From: Camelus ferus
Lineage: Eukaryota
Reading direction: 5' to 3'
Length of the DNA stretch: 64,000 bases
Assembly (NCBI RefSeq): GCF_009834535.1
Contig: NC_045707.1
Location: 49,664,001 to 49,728,000 of the forward strand
The notes beneath the pieces are model-generated. The model was not told the DNA's origin, made no database searches, and saw only the letters and a program-made list of their open reading frames with translations. How positions within the stretch are numbered: the stretch's first letter is position 1; each line of letters starts with the position of its first letter. Positions 1 to 13,429 of this stretch are shown here, piece after piece. The position numbers and the translations under genes are program-made.

Positions 1-605
1 AAATATGCCTTTAAATGTCATTTTGTTTGCCTCAAAAGTCCAAACAAAGACCTTCTATGGAGTGGGAGAAAAAAAACTATCTTGATTTTTGCAACTGCCA
101 TGTTGTCCTTGACTAAAACACTTTCAAAGAAGCATTGTAAAATCCTCACTGTCCTGCATAGACGATAGTGTGTCTGAATTCTGATTCTTGATGGGAAAGC
201 TGCTATGGTCCAGCTCTGGCAAGAAGACCCTCCCACTCCTTTAGAAAGTCTCAGTGAGGGCAAGAGGCCCCTGTCCTGAGTTTGTGTACATGTGTGTTGA
301 TTTTTAGAGGAAGTAGAAGATGAGTCCCAGGAAAATTCAACACTAAAGCAGTTATATGAAAAAAGAAGGAAATTGTGGTAACTGGAGAAGTTAGAAAGGA
401 GTTGAGACTATGTTAAACTTGTGCCTGTGATATGCTTAAACCAGAATTTGCACTGGGCTGTGGAACCAGAAGGAACTCCCCACTTTCCTAGTGGTCAGTA
501 GAAATGAGAGTATTTTTTATACCTTAGCCAAGAGACAGAAGCAGGATCCAAATAGAAAATATTATAAATGCTTAGAGATGGAAGATATGTTACAGACTGC
601 TGGTC

Positions 606-750
606 CAGTGTTTCCTAAATCCTGTTGCCATCAAAAACACCTGAGAAGCTTTCTAAAAATTGAAGACTTGGGCCCCAACCGCATGCCTAGATTTTCCAAT
701 GGGTAGGAGCTGGGAATCTGCTCTATCAAGCCCCTAGGTGATTCTCAAGA
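606..750. mobile_element. MER5A-type hAT-Charlie MITE, decayed
   Basis: Starts CAGTGTTTCCTAAA (Charlie TIR-like) and carries MER5-like motifs CACCTGAGAAGCTTT, GGGAATCTGC and CCCTAGGTGATTCT. Confidence 0.7.
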
Positions 751-1039
751 TAAAAGGCGACAAATAAATAATGGCAAATATGAAATAGTAAGTATTTATG
801 TTACCACAGAGTAGGGCTGTTCAGAAAGAAATAACTCCAGCACCAACTGAAATATATTCCTGTTACATGGTCATAAGTAACAATGTATAGGCCCAAACCA
901 CAAGGTGCAAAGTCCAAAGACCAGCATTCTTCCCTCTCCTGGGTATATGAACTCGGAGAAGTCACATGATGCTAGCTAACGCCTTAAATAAACTAAATAG
1001 AAACGTTATATCTGAAACATAAGTGTGACCAACATGTTT

Positions 1040-1100
1040 AAAGTAGTCTCTCGGTTTTCTCATCTATAAAATGCGAACACTCACATGAATCCCCTAAAGA
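1040..1100 (+). mobile_element. MIR core fragment
   Basis: TCTCGGTTTTCTCATCTATAAAATG resembles the MIR core CTCAGTTTCCTCATCTGTAAAATG. Confidence 0.6.
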
Positions 1101-1196
1101 CTAATTTTTCTCATTGCTAAAGTAGAATTGAAAGAAGGCCTTTTTCCTCTTAATGAGTCATTACATAAAAACACTGGTTCATAGGAAATGTAATTA

Positions 1197-1221
1197 AAAA
1201 CAACAACAACAACAACAACAA
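1197..1221. repeat. (AAC)n microsatellite
   Basis: AAAACAACAACAACAACAACAACAA seen directly. Confidence 0.95.
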
Positions 1222-1363
1222 GCAAGATTTCCTTGCTCCTGCCTTCCAGAGATGCTATGGGGAAGAAAGTGGAGGATATGTATTCAAAGAGATGGTGTTT
1301 GTGGTACATTTTCTCATCGTTCCCAGCTCAACTCATTGTACATCAGAGTGGGAGATGACTGAC

Positions 1364-1843
1364 TGTTATGGGTTGAACTGTCCCCCAAAAAGATATGTTG
1401 AAGTCCTAACTCCCAGTACCTGTGAATATGACCTAATTTGAAAATAGGGTGTGTTTGACTTAAGTTAGGATGAAGTCACTAGGGTGGGCCATAACTAGTA
1501 TGATTGGTGCCCTTATGAGAAGAGAGACATTCGGACACAGACATGCACAGAGAGGAAAACATCATGTAAAGGCACTGACACAGAAGGAGAACACCATGTG
1601 GTGACATAAGCAGAGGTTGGAATCGTGCAGCTGCAAGCCTGGGAACACCAAGGACTCTGGCCACCACCAGACACTGGGAAGAGGCAAGGACTGAGGTCTA
1701 CCCAGGCTCTCGAGTGAGCATGGCCTTGCTGACATCTCAATTTCAGACTTTTAGCCTCCAAAACTGTGAGACATTGTGTTTCTGTTGTTTTGAGCCTCCC
1801 GGTATGTGGCACTTCGTAATGGCAACTTTAGGAAACTAACATA
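1364..1843 (+). mobile_element. MLT1 (ERVL-MaLR) solo LTR, MLT1B/C-like
   Basis: 5' TGTTATGGGTTGAACTGTCCCCCAAAAAGATATGTTGAAGTCCTAACTCCCAGTACCTGTGAATATGACC; 3' GTATGTGGCACTTCGTAATGGCAACTTTAGGAAACTAACA; about 480 bp. Confidence 0.9.
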
Positions 1844-3694
1844 ATGAGCAAATTCCTCTATGTCCTCAATGAAACTGTGTCTCTTCTCATCCTAGAAGAG
1901 AAAGAGGTCTTCGATCCAAGAATCTTAGCAGGCCAATAGCAGTCATACAGTTTGGGGGCATGTCCTTCTGATGCCCAGAGGAACACCTGTCAATGCTTCC
2001 CTGTGTGTGGTCCGAATACCTGGAGTGGCATCACAAAGAGAGTGGCCAGGCATGCCGAGAACAAGCTGGCAGGGACATCGTAACTCTCCAGTCTACTAAA
2101 AACAAAACAATGAAACACAGTGTTGAAAGTTGTAACACCCATTCATTTCAAATTTGGTATTAGTACCTGAAAGCCAAAGTGCTGACTACCACTCAGCTTT
2201 ATATTTAAGCTTTATACATAAGCTTTATATACTTTATGGGACAGTTTCATGACTAAAAGTTCATTACAAAGTGGCATTTGCTTGGGAAAACCAGGGCCTC
2301 GTGAAGGAAATTGTGCCAGAGCACCTTTCTGAGATACTGCCTTGCAGTGCTGTTGTGACGATGAGATGTTAAAAATAGTGGCTTTGTAAGCCAAAAGCAT
2401 TACCCCAACATAGGTATTGTTGCTGGTTTCTTATCAACATAGTCATGCAAAATAAAAAGGTTTATTATTCCCATGGGTTCATTTGTAGAAATTAAATAAC
2501 AGGGCCAGGAAAGGCAATATACGTTCTCACTGTCAGATATGCAAATCGAGTGAAGAAGTATCCCCATTAACTCCCTGTCTGCCTGGGGAACCAGGCCTTT
2601 TGTCTAACGTCCGTCCCCTACAGGTTAACTGGGGAAACTGCTTGCTTAAAGAGTCTAGCAGTTATTCTGAGGAAATGACTAGCCAAATATATTCCATTTG
2701 ATTATGAGTGAAGATACAGATCTTAACTCGTCTCTTAAAAACAACAACAAAAAACATGTTTTGAAGGTGGGAGAAAGGAAATCTGAATTCTGCCCAACAA
2801 CTGATGCTGATATTCAATACTGTCAAGAATATTGAATTGTCTCATTCAAACTGCTTTTTAAGCTGTATATTACAAATAGGTGAGCTAGGCACTCAGTACA
2901 ATGCAGTTTCTGTACTAGCTCAGGAATTCAGTGATTCTAAAATATTCTAGGCTCGTGGTCTGTTCCACTGTCCCTGCAGAATCTTCTGATTAAGTGAGGA
3001 AGCCCAGGAATACAGGCATGAAAAGAAGATTTTATTTTTAGTTGTTGCTTTTGGCAAAAGTTCTCTTCTTAAATGGAGGGAATTTATTCTAAAAAACCAG
3101 AGTTTTCTTTTCTGCCACGTGAAGAAATAAAAATAGCAAAAGCCTCGTAAATTATCATTCCTCAGTGTCAGGTTGTCTAGTTGTGGAGCCGATTGTTAGG
3201 TGAGGGCTGTTACAAAGTCACTCTGCAGGCAACGGTCCCCTGCCTAGTTCCCAACACTAAAATGACAACTGGGAACAGATTAAGAAGCCTTTGGGCAAAA
3301 ACATTATTTTATTTTCATGAACAGGTACAGGTTTCAGAAGAGGGCAGACATGATATAGACTTTCTCATCATTATCATATACCTCCCTTCCACCAGCAGAA
3401 TTAGTGTCAAAACTACTCACAGACTCCTGTCCCATTCCTAAAGGACGTCAGGACCTAATGAGCTCCACGTGTGTACGTGCTGGGCGCTTTCTCCTCTGTC
3501 CCCGAAGCCACCTTGCTGGGGAGCCTGCTGACAGAGGCACAGAACGGGTCAGGACTGGTGATCTGGTTTGGATGCAGCCACCCTGTCTCTATGGTTTGCT
3601 CTAATTGGCCTAAAGCAGGAGAAATTCAAAGAGCTTAACTGGATCTTGGCCTCCCCACTGTTGTCTTTATTCTGATCCTAATGGTTCCCTTGCA

Positions 3695-4307
3695 TGATGG
3701 GCTGGATTCTAGGAGAGCCCCCCAGGCTCTCCCTGTCTGTGCCCCAGGACTGTGAGTGTGATGGGATATCATGCCCATGCTTATGTTACTTTACATGGGG
3801 AACAGAGGGCCTTTGCAGTGCAATTAGGGTTACTAATCAGTTACCTTGAAATAGGGAGATCGTTCACATGGTCCTACTCTAATCATATGGGCCCTTTCAA
3901 AGCAGAGATTTGTATTCAGCTGGTAGCAGAAGCCAGAGAGATTCAGAGGGTGAGAGGGATTTAATATGGGGTAAGTCACAGGCTAGCAGTTGGGAGCAGC
4001 CTCTAGAAGCCGAGAGTGGTCCTCAGACAAAAGCCAGCAAGAAAACAGCAGCCTCAGATCTACAACCACAAGGAGCTGAATCCAGCCAACAGCCTGAATG
4101 AACCTGGAAGCAGACTCTTTCCCAGGGTCTCCAGATAAAAGCCCAGCCTGGTCAACATCCTTGCTTTAGGCCTTCTGAGATGCTGGGCAGAGATCCCATC
4201 AGAGCCCACCTGGACGTCTGACCTACAGAGCTGTAGGCTAAGAAACATGTGTTACTGAAGCTGCTAAGTTTGTAATAATTTGTTACTCAGCAATAGAAAA
4301 CCAATAA
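3695..4307 (+). mobile_element. MLT1 solo LTR, MLT1E-like
   Basis: TTAGGGTTACTAATCAGTTGACCTTGAAATAGGGAGAT, CTACAACCACAAGGAGCTGAAT, and 3' end GCTAAGTTTGTAATAATTTGTTACTCAGCAATAGAAAACCAATA. Confidence 0.88.
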
Positions 4308-4589
4308 TCTGTGCCTGAGTCACCCTCTTTGTTTCTTGTCCAGTAACTTGGTTCCTCTGAGGTAAGGACCCTACCTTCCTCTTACCAGATCCTCCTGTCT
4401 CTTAACCCGGATTCCCAGCCCAGTGACTGGGTCCCCACTACCTGGGGGATTATGACCCGGCCCAGGTTCCTGAAAGCCCTGCTGCTGACTTCTGTGTAAT
4501 GGGGGACGCCTGATCATCGGGCTTCCCCGCCTCTTCATGTTAAATGTACGCCCACAGCCATTGCCTATCATTCACATGAATTTAGAAAA

Positions 4590-4780
4590 AGGGCATGAAC
4601 TTTGAAAGTAGCCAGGATTTTGAATCTCAACTTCACCACTTACTACTTATGTGAGGTCAAGACAGTGTTTATACCTCCAGGGACTCATTATTCACACTGT
4701 AAAATGAAGATGATAACATTTGCTTTATAAGGACTAATCATAATGTATGTAAAGTATATAGCGGCATGTTATCATTACTA
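4590..4780 (+). mobile_element. MIR
   Basis: TTGAATCTCAACTTCACCACTTACTAC ... CTGTAAAATGAAGATGATAA ... TAATGTATGTAAAGT in MIR order. Confidence 0.75.
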
Positions 4781-4974
4781 CTTTGTGTGTAAGTCCATGC
4801 AACTAAATAGTGCGTTCTTCCTGCTGAAATGGAATTCCTCCCAGAGCTGTCAGCTGGGTTTGTCCCTCCAATTTCTACTTTGGTGGATGAGTCTAGTTCC
4901 AACCCCCCACCACTCCCAGTTGGCATACCGTATTAACCTCACCGTGGCCCATTTCCCAGTGCAATACACCTCTG

Positions 4975-5090
4975 TTCATTCACCCATTTATTCATTCATC
5001 AAGGACCTACTATATGTCAGGCACTTAGAAAAGGCACAGGGATATACTGGTGAGCCAAGCAGGTGAGATACCAGAGTTTACATTCTAGTG
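4975..5090 (-). mobile_element. L2 3' end
   Basis: TTCATTCA...TTCATTCATCAAGGACCTACTATATGTCAGGCACT is the reverse complement of the L2 tail. Confidence 0.7.
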
Positions 5091-6934
5091 TGATGCCTAC
5101 ATGCTGGAGCCATTTCATAAGGTGTATGGATTTATTGCAGTTTTGAAATTACCTCAAGACTTTGAGTCATAATAACATTACCCCCAAAATGTATGGAAAT
5201 GTGATCAACATTATTCTTCCCTCAAAGAACCTTTCACATCTGATAGCTAAGATTTAATACTTCTTTTGCAAGAGAAAAGAACAAAGCTAGTAACTTTTAT
5301 GTGGCAATGAAGTGCTCATGAGATACTTCAACGAGTTAATGAAAAAAAAAAGTCACTTCGTTTCAGAGATCTGGGTAATTAATCCACAAGGATGTGGCTG
5401 AGGCTGGGAGTACTGTAGAAGTACGTGAACGATTTGCTGGTTAGATCTCAGACTAGCTATGCCTTCTAATTGAAAGGGGGGAAAGTCCTCTTAACCTCCC
5501 ACTGGAAGCAAGCCCTGACTCTCCCTGGAGATCATTTGTAGCCCAGAAGAACTCATTCCAGAGAACCACTGAATTCATCTCAATGGCAGTTTATCACAGA
5601 GGGTATCCAGGCTGAACAGCATAACTGCATGAAATGCCTGTCTGTGTTGGACCAATCTAAAGCCATGGGTTTTGTAAGGGAGAGCCCTTCACTGAGATGT
5701 TGGCCCAAGATCATCAGTATCACCGTTTACAGCTTGTGCTGCAAAAGAAGTAAATAAAAAGTGAAGCTAAAAAGAAAACAGAGTCTTCATTGAGTTGCCT
5801 CCTATTTACCAGTAATCCCACCAAGTGTTTTTTTGGATTGGCAAAACTGAGCTCTACATATTTATATTGGTAACATTTTCCAGTAAGTTCTACCAAAAGG
5901 TATCTGAGCACCTTGTGTTGTGAAATTCAGAGAAATGGAAAACATTAAAACAAATAAGCCTTGTCTCCCAGTACGGCCTCCTGGAAAAGAAATTCTACCT
6001 TTCCAAGGGCATCAGCCTAAATGAGGGCTCAGTTCTTAAATTCTTTAATCAGTTGCCTTAGAAACCAGGAGAACGTGGTAAGCACCTCCAGTTAGCAAGG
6101 TAATACAGTGATAGGTTTAATCACTTGTTACTGGCCAGATACACACTTGAGTAAAGGTGAAATTGGTATTATTCACTGTGACTGACGTTCTGCATTTTCA
6201 AATCGTTGGCACTTAAATAAAGCAAAAAGTCTGTCTCCTACATGACAAAGAAGAAGGAAGGAATGCTAAGTACACTGGGATTATGAATTCTTATTTATTA
6301 GCCAGTGGTGATTTATCTCAGCTGGAAAGCACTCAAAAAAAAGTGAAATTTAATCCTGTTCAACAAATTATTTACTGAATTCCTTCTATGTGCAAGGCAC
6401 GTAGGGAAAACCAGTAACAAATGATTTTCACTCCCATTTCGGGAGAGCACCAGGAAGTTTACAAAATAAAATGATACACACCATGCTCTAAATATGAAAA
6501 TGATAAGAGAAAAATGTTCTTTTGTGTATTTAATTTTGCCAGAGGAAGACAGATTTTGAGTTTATAGGTAAACTAAGGAATCATCACATTTTAAAATTAA
6601 ATCTTTGTGACCTCACAAGCATTTAACATCCACTCAAAGGTACACATATAACTAAAAGTAAAGATCATAAGTTGTGGGCTCTGAAATCAGTCCCTAATTC
6701 CATCTTCAAACAGATTTAACTCTTAACTAGCATTGCTAAATGAAGATTCTAATAGTTTTCAAAATTGTCTTCTATGTGTCTCCCTGTAACTTATTCCAGC
6801 CCTATTTGTGCCAAGATAACGATATCCTCTCTCTTTTTTCTCATGTTCTTACTCACAGTTGATTCTTTATACTCTATTGCATCTTCTTTCTCCTCTTCCC
6901 TGACTCTCCTTCTCCCTCTCTCCATCTCCAAACC

Positions 6935-9900
6935 TGGATAGCAAATGTTAAACATCTAGTTTCATATTTCTCCATTCTCATATCTTGTACCCATACAGGG
7001 GAGAGGGGAATCTCTGTTTTACCAAATGGCATTATTTTATATGCTTTCCTCAATTACCAGTGCATAATGTCCTTTTGAGGTAGGTGATATAAGTCCAACT
7101 TACTCTTTTGGTAGATGTATAATACTCCATGTTTTGAATATACCACAGTTTATCTTCTCATTCCTCCACTAACGGTGAATCACTCTGTTTTTCTGTATTG
7201 GGCCTCCACAGCAGAGCTGCCGTAAGCATCTGCACGACTAGCCCTTTCATTCCCATGGCACAGGATCACAGGAGTGAACCCTCTCTTCCAAACCGTATGT
7301 ATATTTTTTATTTTAGAAGTATTTCCAGATTGGTTTCTGAAAGGTGCCTCTACCAGTCGTGCATAAGAATATCCTTTCCCCAAATTCCCACCTATAGTAC
7401 ATGTAATCTTCCTTTAAAAATTTTCAAACTGATGTGTATAATGTTATTTTTTCACTTTAACTTGCATTTCTCTGACTAGTAAAACAAAAATTTTTGCTTA
7501 TTGCCCATCTGGACTTGTCCCTCTATAAATTACCCATTCATATCCTTTGTCCATTTTTCTTTGGTGTGTTTTTATCTTACGGTTATCAGTATACAAGCTA
7601 TCATTTCATGTTTTGAATAATAGTACTTTATCTGTGTTGCAAATATTTTTTAAACACTGATTTTCATATATCACCTCATTCATTTTCTTATTCTATGTTT
7701 TTACATGTTGTGATTTAGTTTACCTGGAATTTATATGGTGAAAAATGAGGGTCAAATTTTACTTTCTGTCAGGTGGAGAGCCAGTTTTACCAGCACCATT
7801 TATGAACTAAACTATTCTTTTCCCACTGAATTAAAATGCAGTATCTTTTTTCCTGCCCCTGCCTGATCAATTTGTAATTTCTGTGCTAGTACCTCTTTAC
7901 TTAGGTTGTGGCAGCTTAGAGAATGTTTTATCATCTGTTATGCTTAATCACCCCTCACTGTTCTTGTTTTCTTAATTTTATTGACTACTCTATTTATTCT
8001 TTGATATGAATTTTTAAATCATCTTATCAAATCCTCCCCCCAGAATACCCTCTAGTTTTTAATTGGCATTGTACTGAATTTATATACTAATTTTGAGAGC
8101 ATGGATGTTTTTAGCCTTTTAACTCTTCTGATCTAAAGATATAGTATATTGATCCACTTGTGCGGAGAGTTTTGTCTTTACAGAAAAATTCATGGGTGTT
8201 TGTTGTTGTTGTTTTTACTATATAGGTCCTGTGTCTTCTTTGTTGGTGAATTTATTCCGAAGTTTTTCATAGATTTTTGTCACGACAGTGATGGTAATAT
8301 GTGTTCTAATTCTCATTTTGAGATGAATGAAATTCTGGTACATGGAAAATCAATTGCTTTTTTCATATCTGTCTTATCATCAATTCTGAAACATACATTT
8401 TCACATCTCTGAAAATGAGATATATCCTATAATGATGACATCTTAATTATAACTGGCAACTCTTTTCCTTCATGGGAGTACATAAAGTAAAGGGCTATCT
8501 TAAAATCCATGGCATCTTAGATTTTTTGAAATATGATATAACAATAAATTTACCACATTTTCCTCATACTTCTATTTGGTATTACTGGAATTTCTTAGAT
8601 TATCTAAGTACATAATCATATCTCCAAAAAGATATAATTTTATCTTTTTTCCAAATTTATAACCAATTATTTCATTTTCTTGTTGAGGGTAAATATTGCT
8701 GTGTTGTTTTATGTTATGGAATGGTTAGCACAGGAATGATTTTAATCTTACTGTTGACTTTTTAGAGGTTTTAATTATAAGTGACTTCTTATTTTATTTA
8801 GAGTTTTTATTGGAAATGTCTGACAAATAATAACAAATGCCTTCTAAGCATTTTACCTTTATTGATAAAATCGCATGATTTTTCTCCTGCACCATATAAA
8901 ATCACAATAATAATTTTCATGATTTGGAACCATTCTTGCATTCTTGGAATTAATTCTGCTCAGTATATTGTAGTTTGTGTGTCTAGATGAAATACTGGGT
9001 TCAGTTTGATCATATTTTCATTTGAGTTTTTTTTTTTTTTTTTTTTTGCTGCTGTATTTATACAGGTTGGCTTGCAGTGTTTTATCTGTATTGTCATTAG
9101 TAAGTGTTAAAATTAAGTTTCTTTTATGAACTGTGGGAACATTTACATCTTTTCCTATGATCTAGAATAGTTTAAATACTTGGATGGATAATTTCTAAGA
9201 ATTTGATTAAACTTAACCACAAAGGCATCTAGTCCTATTAACTTCTTTAGTGGCTTCTTTTTATTCATCTTTCCAGTATTTTCTGAAGCATTTAGAATGC
9301 TAAAGTTGTCCTCTTTTTAGATCAATTTTAGTGATTTGCATTTGTTATAACATAAGTTTCTTCTGAGTTGTCAAATGGGTTACCACATACTTTCTTAGGC
9401 CTTTTAATTTCTTCCACATCTGTGGTTATGACTCCTTCCTCCTTTCAGATTTTTTACATTTTGTACCTTCTCTTTTTCAATCAGGTTTATGTGCTATCTA
9501 GCTGTTTTATTAATATTTTTAATTAGCTGAGTTCCATGTTTGTTTAACCTTTAAGCTTTTTTGTTTATTTTCTATTTTATAATTTTTTGATTTTATGTTT
9601 ATTAATATGTTCTGGTTTATTTTGTATATATTTTAATCTCCTAGAATAACTACAAAGGTACTTTAATTTTTAATCATCCTTTAGTAACCGTGCCGCTTAA
9701 ATCTATAAATTTCTCTGTGTATAACTTTTTCTGTGTTCCATAAATTTTGAGTTGATGTTTTCTCATTTTTGCTGCCTTGGGGATAGTCTGTAATTTCTGT
9801 TTTTATTTTTAACTTTGATCCAAAAGTTATTGAGGAATGTTTCTTAATGTCCTAATTTATTGTATAGCTATCAGGGAACATGAATTGTAAAATCAACGCT

Positions 9901-10170
9901 TTGGATTTTAAGCTTACTTTTTGGCCAGGCATATAATTAATTCTTGTAAGCATTCCTGGGACACTTGAAAAATTATACAATCTATTTAAAGGATGTAAGA
10001 TTCTATATTGGGCTATTAATAGATCTCGTTAATTATATTACTCACTTCTTCTACATCATTACTTTTGTTTTCTTTACTTGATTTAATTTTGAATATGTGT
10101 GTTGAAATCTCCCACTTTTTTGCTTTATAGTTTTTGCTTTATTTGGTAGCTATGCTGTTTGATGCTTTGG
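6935..10170 (-). mobile_element. Ancient L1 (L1M/L1ME-type) 3' UTR and ORF2 remnants, heavily decayed
   Basis: T-rich plus strand with antisense L1 motifs CCAGCACCATTTATGAA, TTTAATTGGCATTGTACTGAATTTATA, TGGAACCATTCTTGCATTCTTGGAAT and CTGTGTTCCATAAATTTTGA; no intact ORF. Confidence 0.8.
8369..8536. mobile_element. MER104-type TcMar-Tc2 MITE nested in the L1
   Basis: CATCAATTCTGAAACATACATTTTCACATCTCTGAAAATGAGAT ... GTACATAAAGTAAAGGGCTATCTTAAAATCCATGGCATCTTAGATTTTTTGAAATATG; about 170 bp with degenerate inverted termini. Confidence 0.75.
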
Positions 10171-10404
10171 AGTTAAAAAAATGCAAGTAAATAAAAATAT
10201 ATTTTCTGGTTCTGGAGATTTCAAAAGAGGTCCTGGTCACTGACCACCATCCAGGGCTTATATTCAAATACCCACAGAAAATATTCTACTAAGCATTGCA
10301 AGCAAGTTCAATCATGTGCTCCCTTCTATCTGAGCAATAAATAGTTTGACAAGAATGTCCTTACCTGTCTACTTATTTTACAGTTATCTACGCACTGGAT
10401 CATC

Positions 10405-10625
10405 AGTGTACTTAATGGTTAAGACTGTGAGCTCTTGAGATGAAATGCCTGGTTTCTAAAAACTTGTCCTGTCACATAAATTATTTAACTTTGTCCAGCT
10501 CTATTTTCATGCCTGAGAAATTGGAGATAATGCAGTGTACCTCGTAACATTATTGGGACAATCCAGTGATGGAATCCATAGAGGAAACTTGGAGTCAGGC
10601 ATGGAGTACGGAGTACTCAATAAAA
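10405..10625 (+). mobile_element. MIR
   Basis: TAATGGTTAAGACTGTGAGCTCT ... TTATTTAACTT ... GGAGATAATGCAGTGTACCTCGTAA ... GTACTCAATAAA. Confidence 0.7.
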
Positions 10626-11542
10626 GTATACACTCAACAAAAATCACCTATCAATATTGTGCTAAGTTCTTACAGCTCTTCTAAGACTGTGTGTAAATAT
10701 GCTTTGAAAAGACCATAAAGTTATATACAAATGTATATCAGTAATAGTATTATTAGAGCAAACAAGAGCATTGCAGGTGCTTTCAAAATATAGATTGTTA
10801 CATATAATTATAGAGAATAAAATTATATGAAGTTAATACAATAAAATATCAAAAATTAAGTACAGGTCCTTCGAGGACAGGGCTGTGCTCCATCCCACAG
10901 CAGTGGAGCCGCAGTTCCTGGAGCAAAGCTGGGCATGCTAGAGAATAAGGCAAAATGTTTTTGTGACTTTCTGTGATCAAGCACTGTTCTCAATATATTC
11001 TTGCTGGACTAAACAGAATCAGGATTCTCATGTATTATCTCATGTCTCTGAGACAAAAAGGATGCCTCTAAAACATCTTGTTAAAAACACTTTTAAAATT
11101 ATCACTGGGGTAATATCTGTCAAGAGTCGTCTTTTACAAGCTAAAATCAAAAAACAGTAAATCAAAAACCATGAAACCTGACAAACTTTGAAAGACATTT
11201 AAAACTCTCTGCCTCCATTTCCTAATATAAAGAATAGGCTTGTATTTTTAAAATATTAGGACATCTCCATTGTCTTGGCACTTTGAATCCCTATGAGTCA
11301 ATAACTTTTGCAGCATAATGCAAAGTGGTCTAAAAAGAAAAAAAAAGAGTTATGTCTCCTTGTATGAGTTTAAATCTAGCTTCAGATTCCTGGTACATAC
11401 TTAAAAACTTTTATAAACCAACGTATAACAAGCACAATCTAATATAATGCAAATTGAGTACCTGAGCACTGAGAGGGAGAAAAGTGAAGAAGATGTTAGC
11501 GTGACAGGAAGTTCACCACTGATCATCTGAACTCCCTAACAC

Positions 11543-11675
11543 CAGTGGTTTTAAAACTCTGGAATGCTTACACATCACCAGCAGAACTTGTTAAAATGCA
11601 GATTTCAAGCTCTGTCTCCAGAGATTCTGATTCAATAGGCCTGTGAGGGGACCCAAGAATCAGAAGTTTTATGCA
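11543..11675. mobile_element. MER5A-type hAT MITE, one end truncated
   Basis: CAGTGGTTTTAAAACT TIR; ATCACCAGCAGAACTTGTTAAAATGCAGATT; CCAGAGATTCTGATTCAATAGG; GGGACCCAAGAATC. Confidence 0.85.
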
Positions 11676-12129
11676 ATCCGCAATCAGAGGAAGGACATAA
11701 TGTCTCTGTTTTCTTCCTCTGGAAAGTAAAACATAAAATAATGCTTTACAGGTAAAGATATGTCATGGCCTTACTTCAGCTTGATCTCCTCACCAAATGG
11801 GGAGGAAGAGATAAAACAGTCCTTGAACGCTCTTCTAGCTCTGTAACACCCATGTGTGTAAAAGTCCAGGCCACATGCATCACACAGACATTTCTTAAAT
11901 GTACCAAGATCTGCACTATCTCGACTTTCCACCTAGATGTTTACCAGGGAGAAGTCTTCATTTACAGTATGGTACTCATCATTGCTAACACCATTAGAAA
12001 TTGCATCATCATCACAAATAGATCAAAAATCTACCAGCCAACCAGAAAACATTTACTAGCAGTAAGTCATGGAAAGTCAATATAATTAAGCAGAGAAATT
12101 ATCTAAGAAAAGCATTAACCCTCTAATGA

Positions 12130-12890
12130 AAAAAAAGAAGGGAAAAGAACATAGGACATTTATAGTACAAGAAAAATAACTGGCTCAAAAACCCAGTGGA
12201 AAACATTCACATTCTCTAATATTTAAAGAAAAGAAAAGTAAAGCAGAACAACAAGGATTTCAATTAGTGAAAATTTTTAATGACAAGAACTCCATTTATA
12301 AGGATATATAGTCCTGGTGTTGATTTTTAAGTTTTTCTGAAAAGTAGTTTGTATTATATATCAAGAACCTTTAAAGGGGGTTAACAAGTTTTAACATTTT
12401 AACAAGTTCTGCTGGTGATGTGTAAGCATTCCAGAGTTTTAAAACCATTCAAACTATTTTAGTAATTCTTGTCTAGGAGAAAATGTTAAGGAAATAGTAA
12501 GAAATTCAAATAAGTATTGCTAAAAATGCTTATTCTAGAATGATCATAAGAACAATAAGTTAGAAAGAATCTACACATAAAAAATGATGTGATTGCATAA
12601 TTTATTGTCTAATCACATTGTAGAAATAGTGTATATAGCCATTAAATTCTGCTTGTTTTTAAAGAACATTTGATCATAAGAGACAATGTTCAGTATAAAA
12701 TATTAAGCAGAGATAAAAGGGTTAAAGTTCTAAATATTTATTTTTTGCACACATCTGTGTGCATATATAACTGGAAAAGATTGCATCAAAGTCTTGAGTG
12801 TGTTTCTGAGTAGTAGGATTATGGGTAATTTCAATCTTTCCCTTTATGATTTTCTATACTTTCTGAATATTCTGCAATACATCTGTGTTT
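12130..12890 (+). mobile_element. Ancient L1ME-type 3' fragment, interrupted by a templated insertion
   Basis: A-rich; TATATCAAGAACCTTTAAA, TCTAGGAGAAAATGTTAAGGAAATA, TATATAGCCATTAAA and TAGGATTATGGGTAATTT follow the L1ME 3' order. Confidence 0.7.
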
Positions 12891-13429
12891 CTTTCTAATT
12901 GAGAAGTTAAAAAAATTAGTATCATAGCCTATCAAAAGTTCATAAGAAGGCAGAATCTGTTGCCCAAATAAACACTATTATTTCCAACCAAAGGTGATTG
13001 AAAAGCAACTTTTTCACATATATGTATAAGTGGAACAAGGGCTAAATCAAGTAAAGTTCCTACATCACTAATAGAACTGGTGCAGTCAGTGTGAGGACTT
13101 CCATGTACTGTCAGTACTTACGTATTCAGGAAAACCTCAAGCCATAATTCTTTAAAGTTAATTCATCTCTCTTAACAACTGAGGAAAAATTGATATATGA
13201 AAAAGTTGGAGGCCACCCAAAGAGAAAAGTCAATGCCAGCTTGATTCACAAAATTGTCTTTTGTGGCCCAGATTGTCCTGAACAACACCAAGGAGAGGTC
13301 TCCCAGGCCTCTCATCCTCTTTCAGAGGCTGGGAGAATAAACACACCCATGCTGCTTAAAAGCGTAGGTAGAAAATCAAAAATTGGATGGACTTAGAATC
13401 TGTAAGCAGGAAAGACAGAGAAAGACTCT

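Noticed and set aside
11765..12085. 106-aa ORF lying between the 53-bp inverted repeats, as possible cargo of a mobile unit
   Set aside because: No recognisable protein similarity; the repeats lack a complete right TIR and a TSD; an ORF of this size is expected by chance
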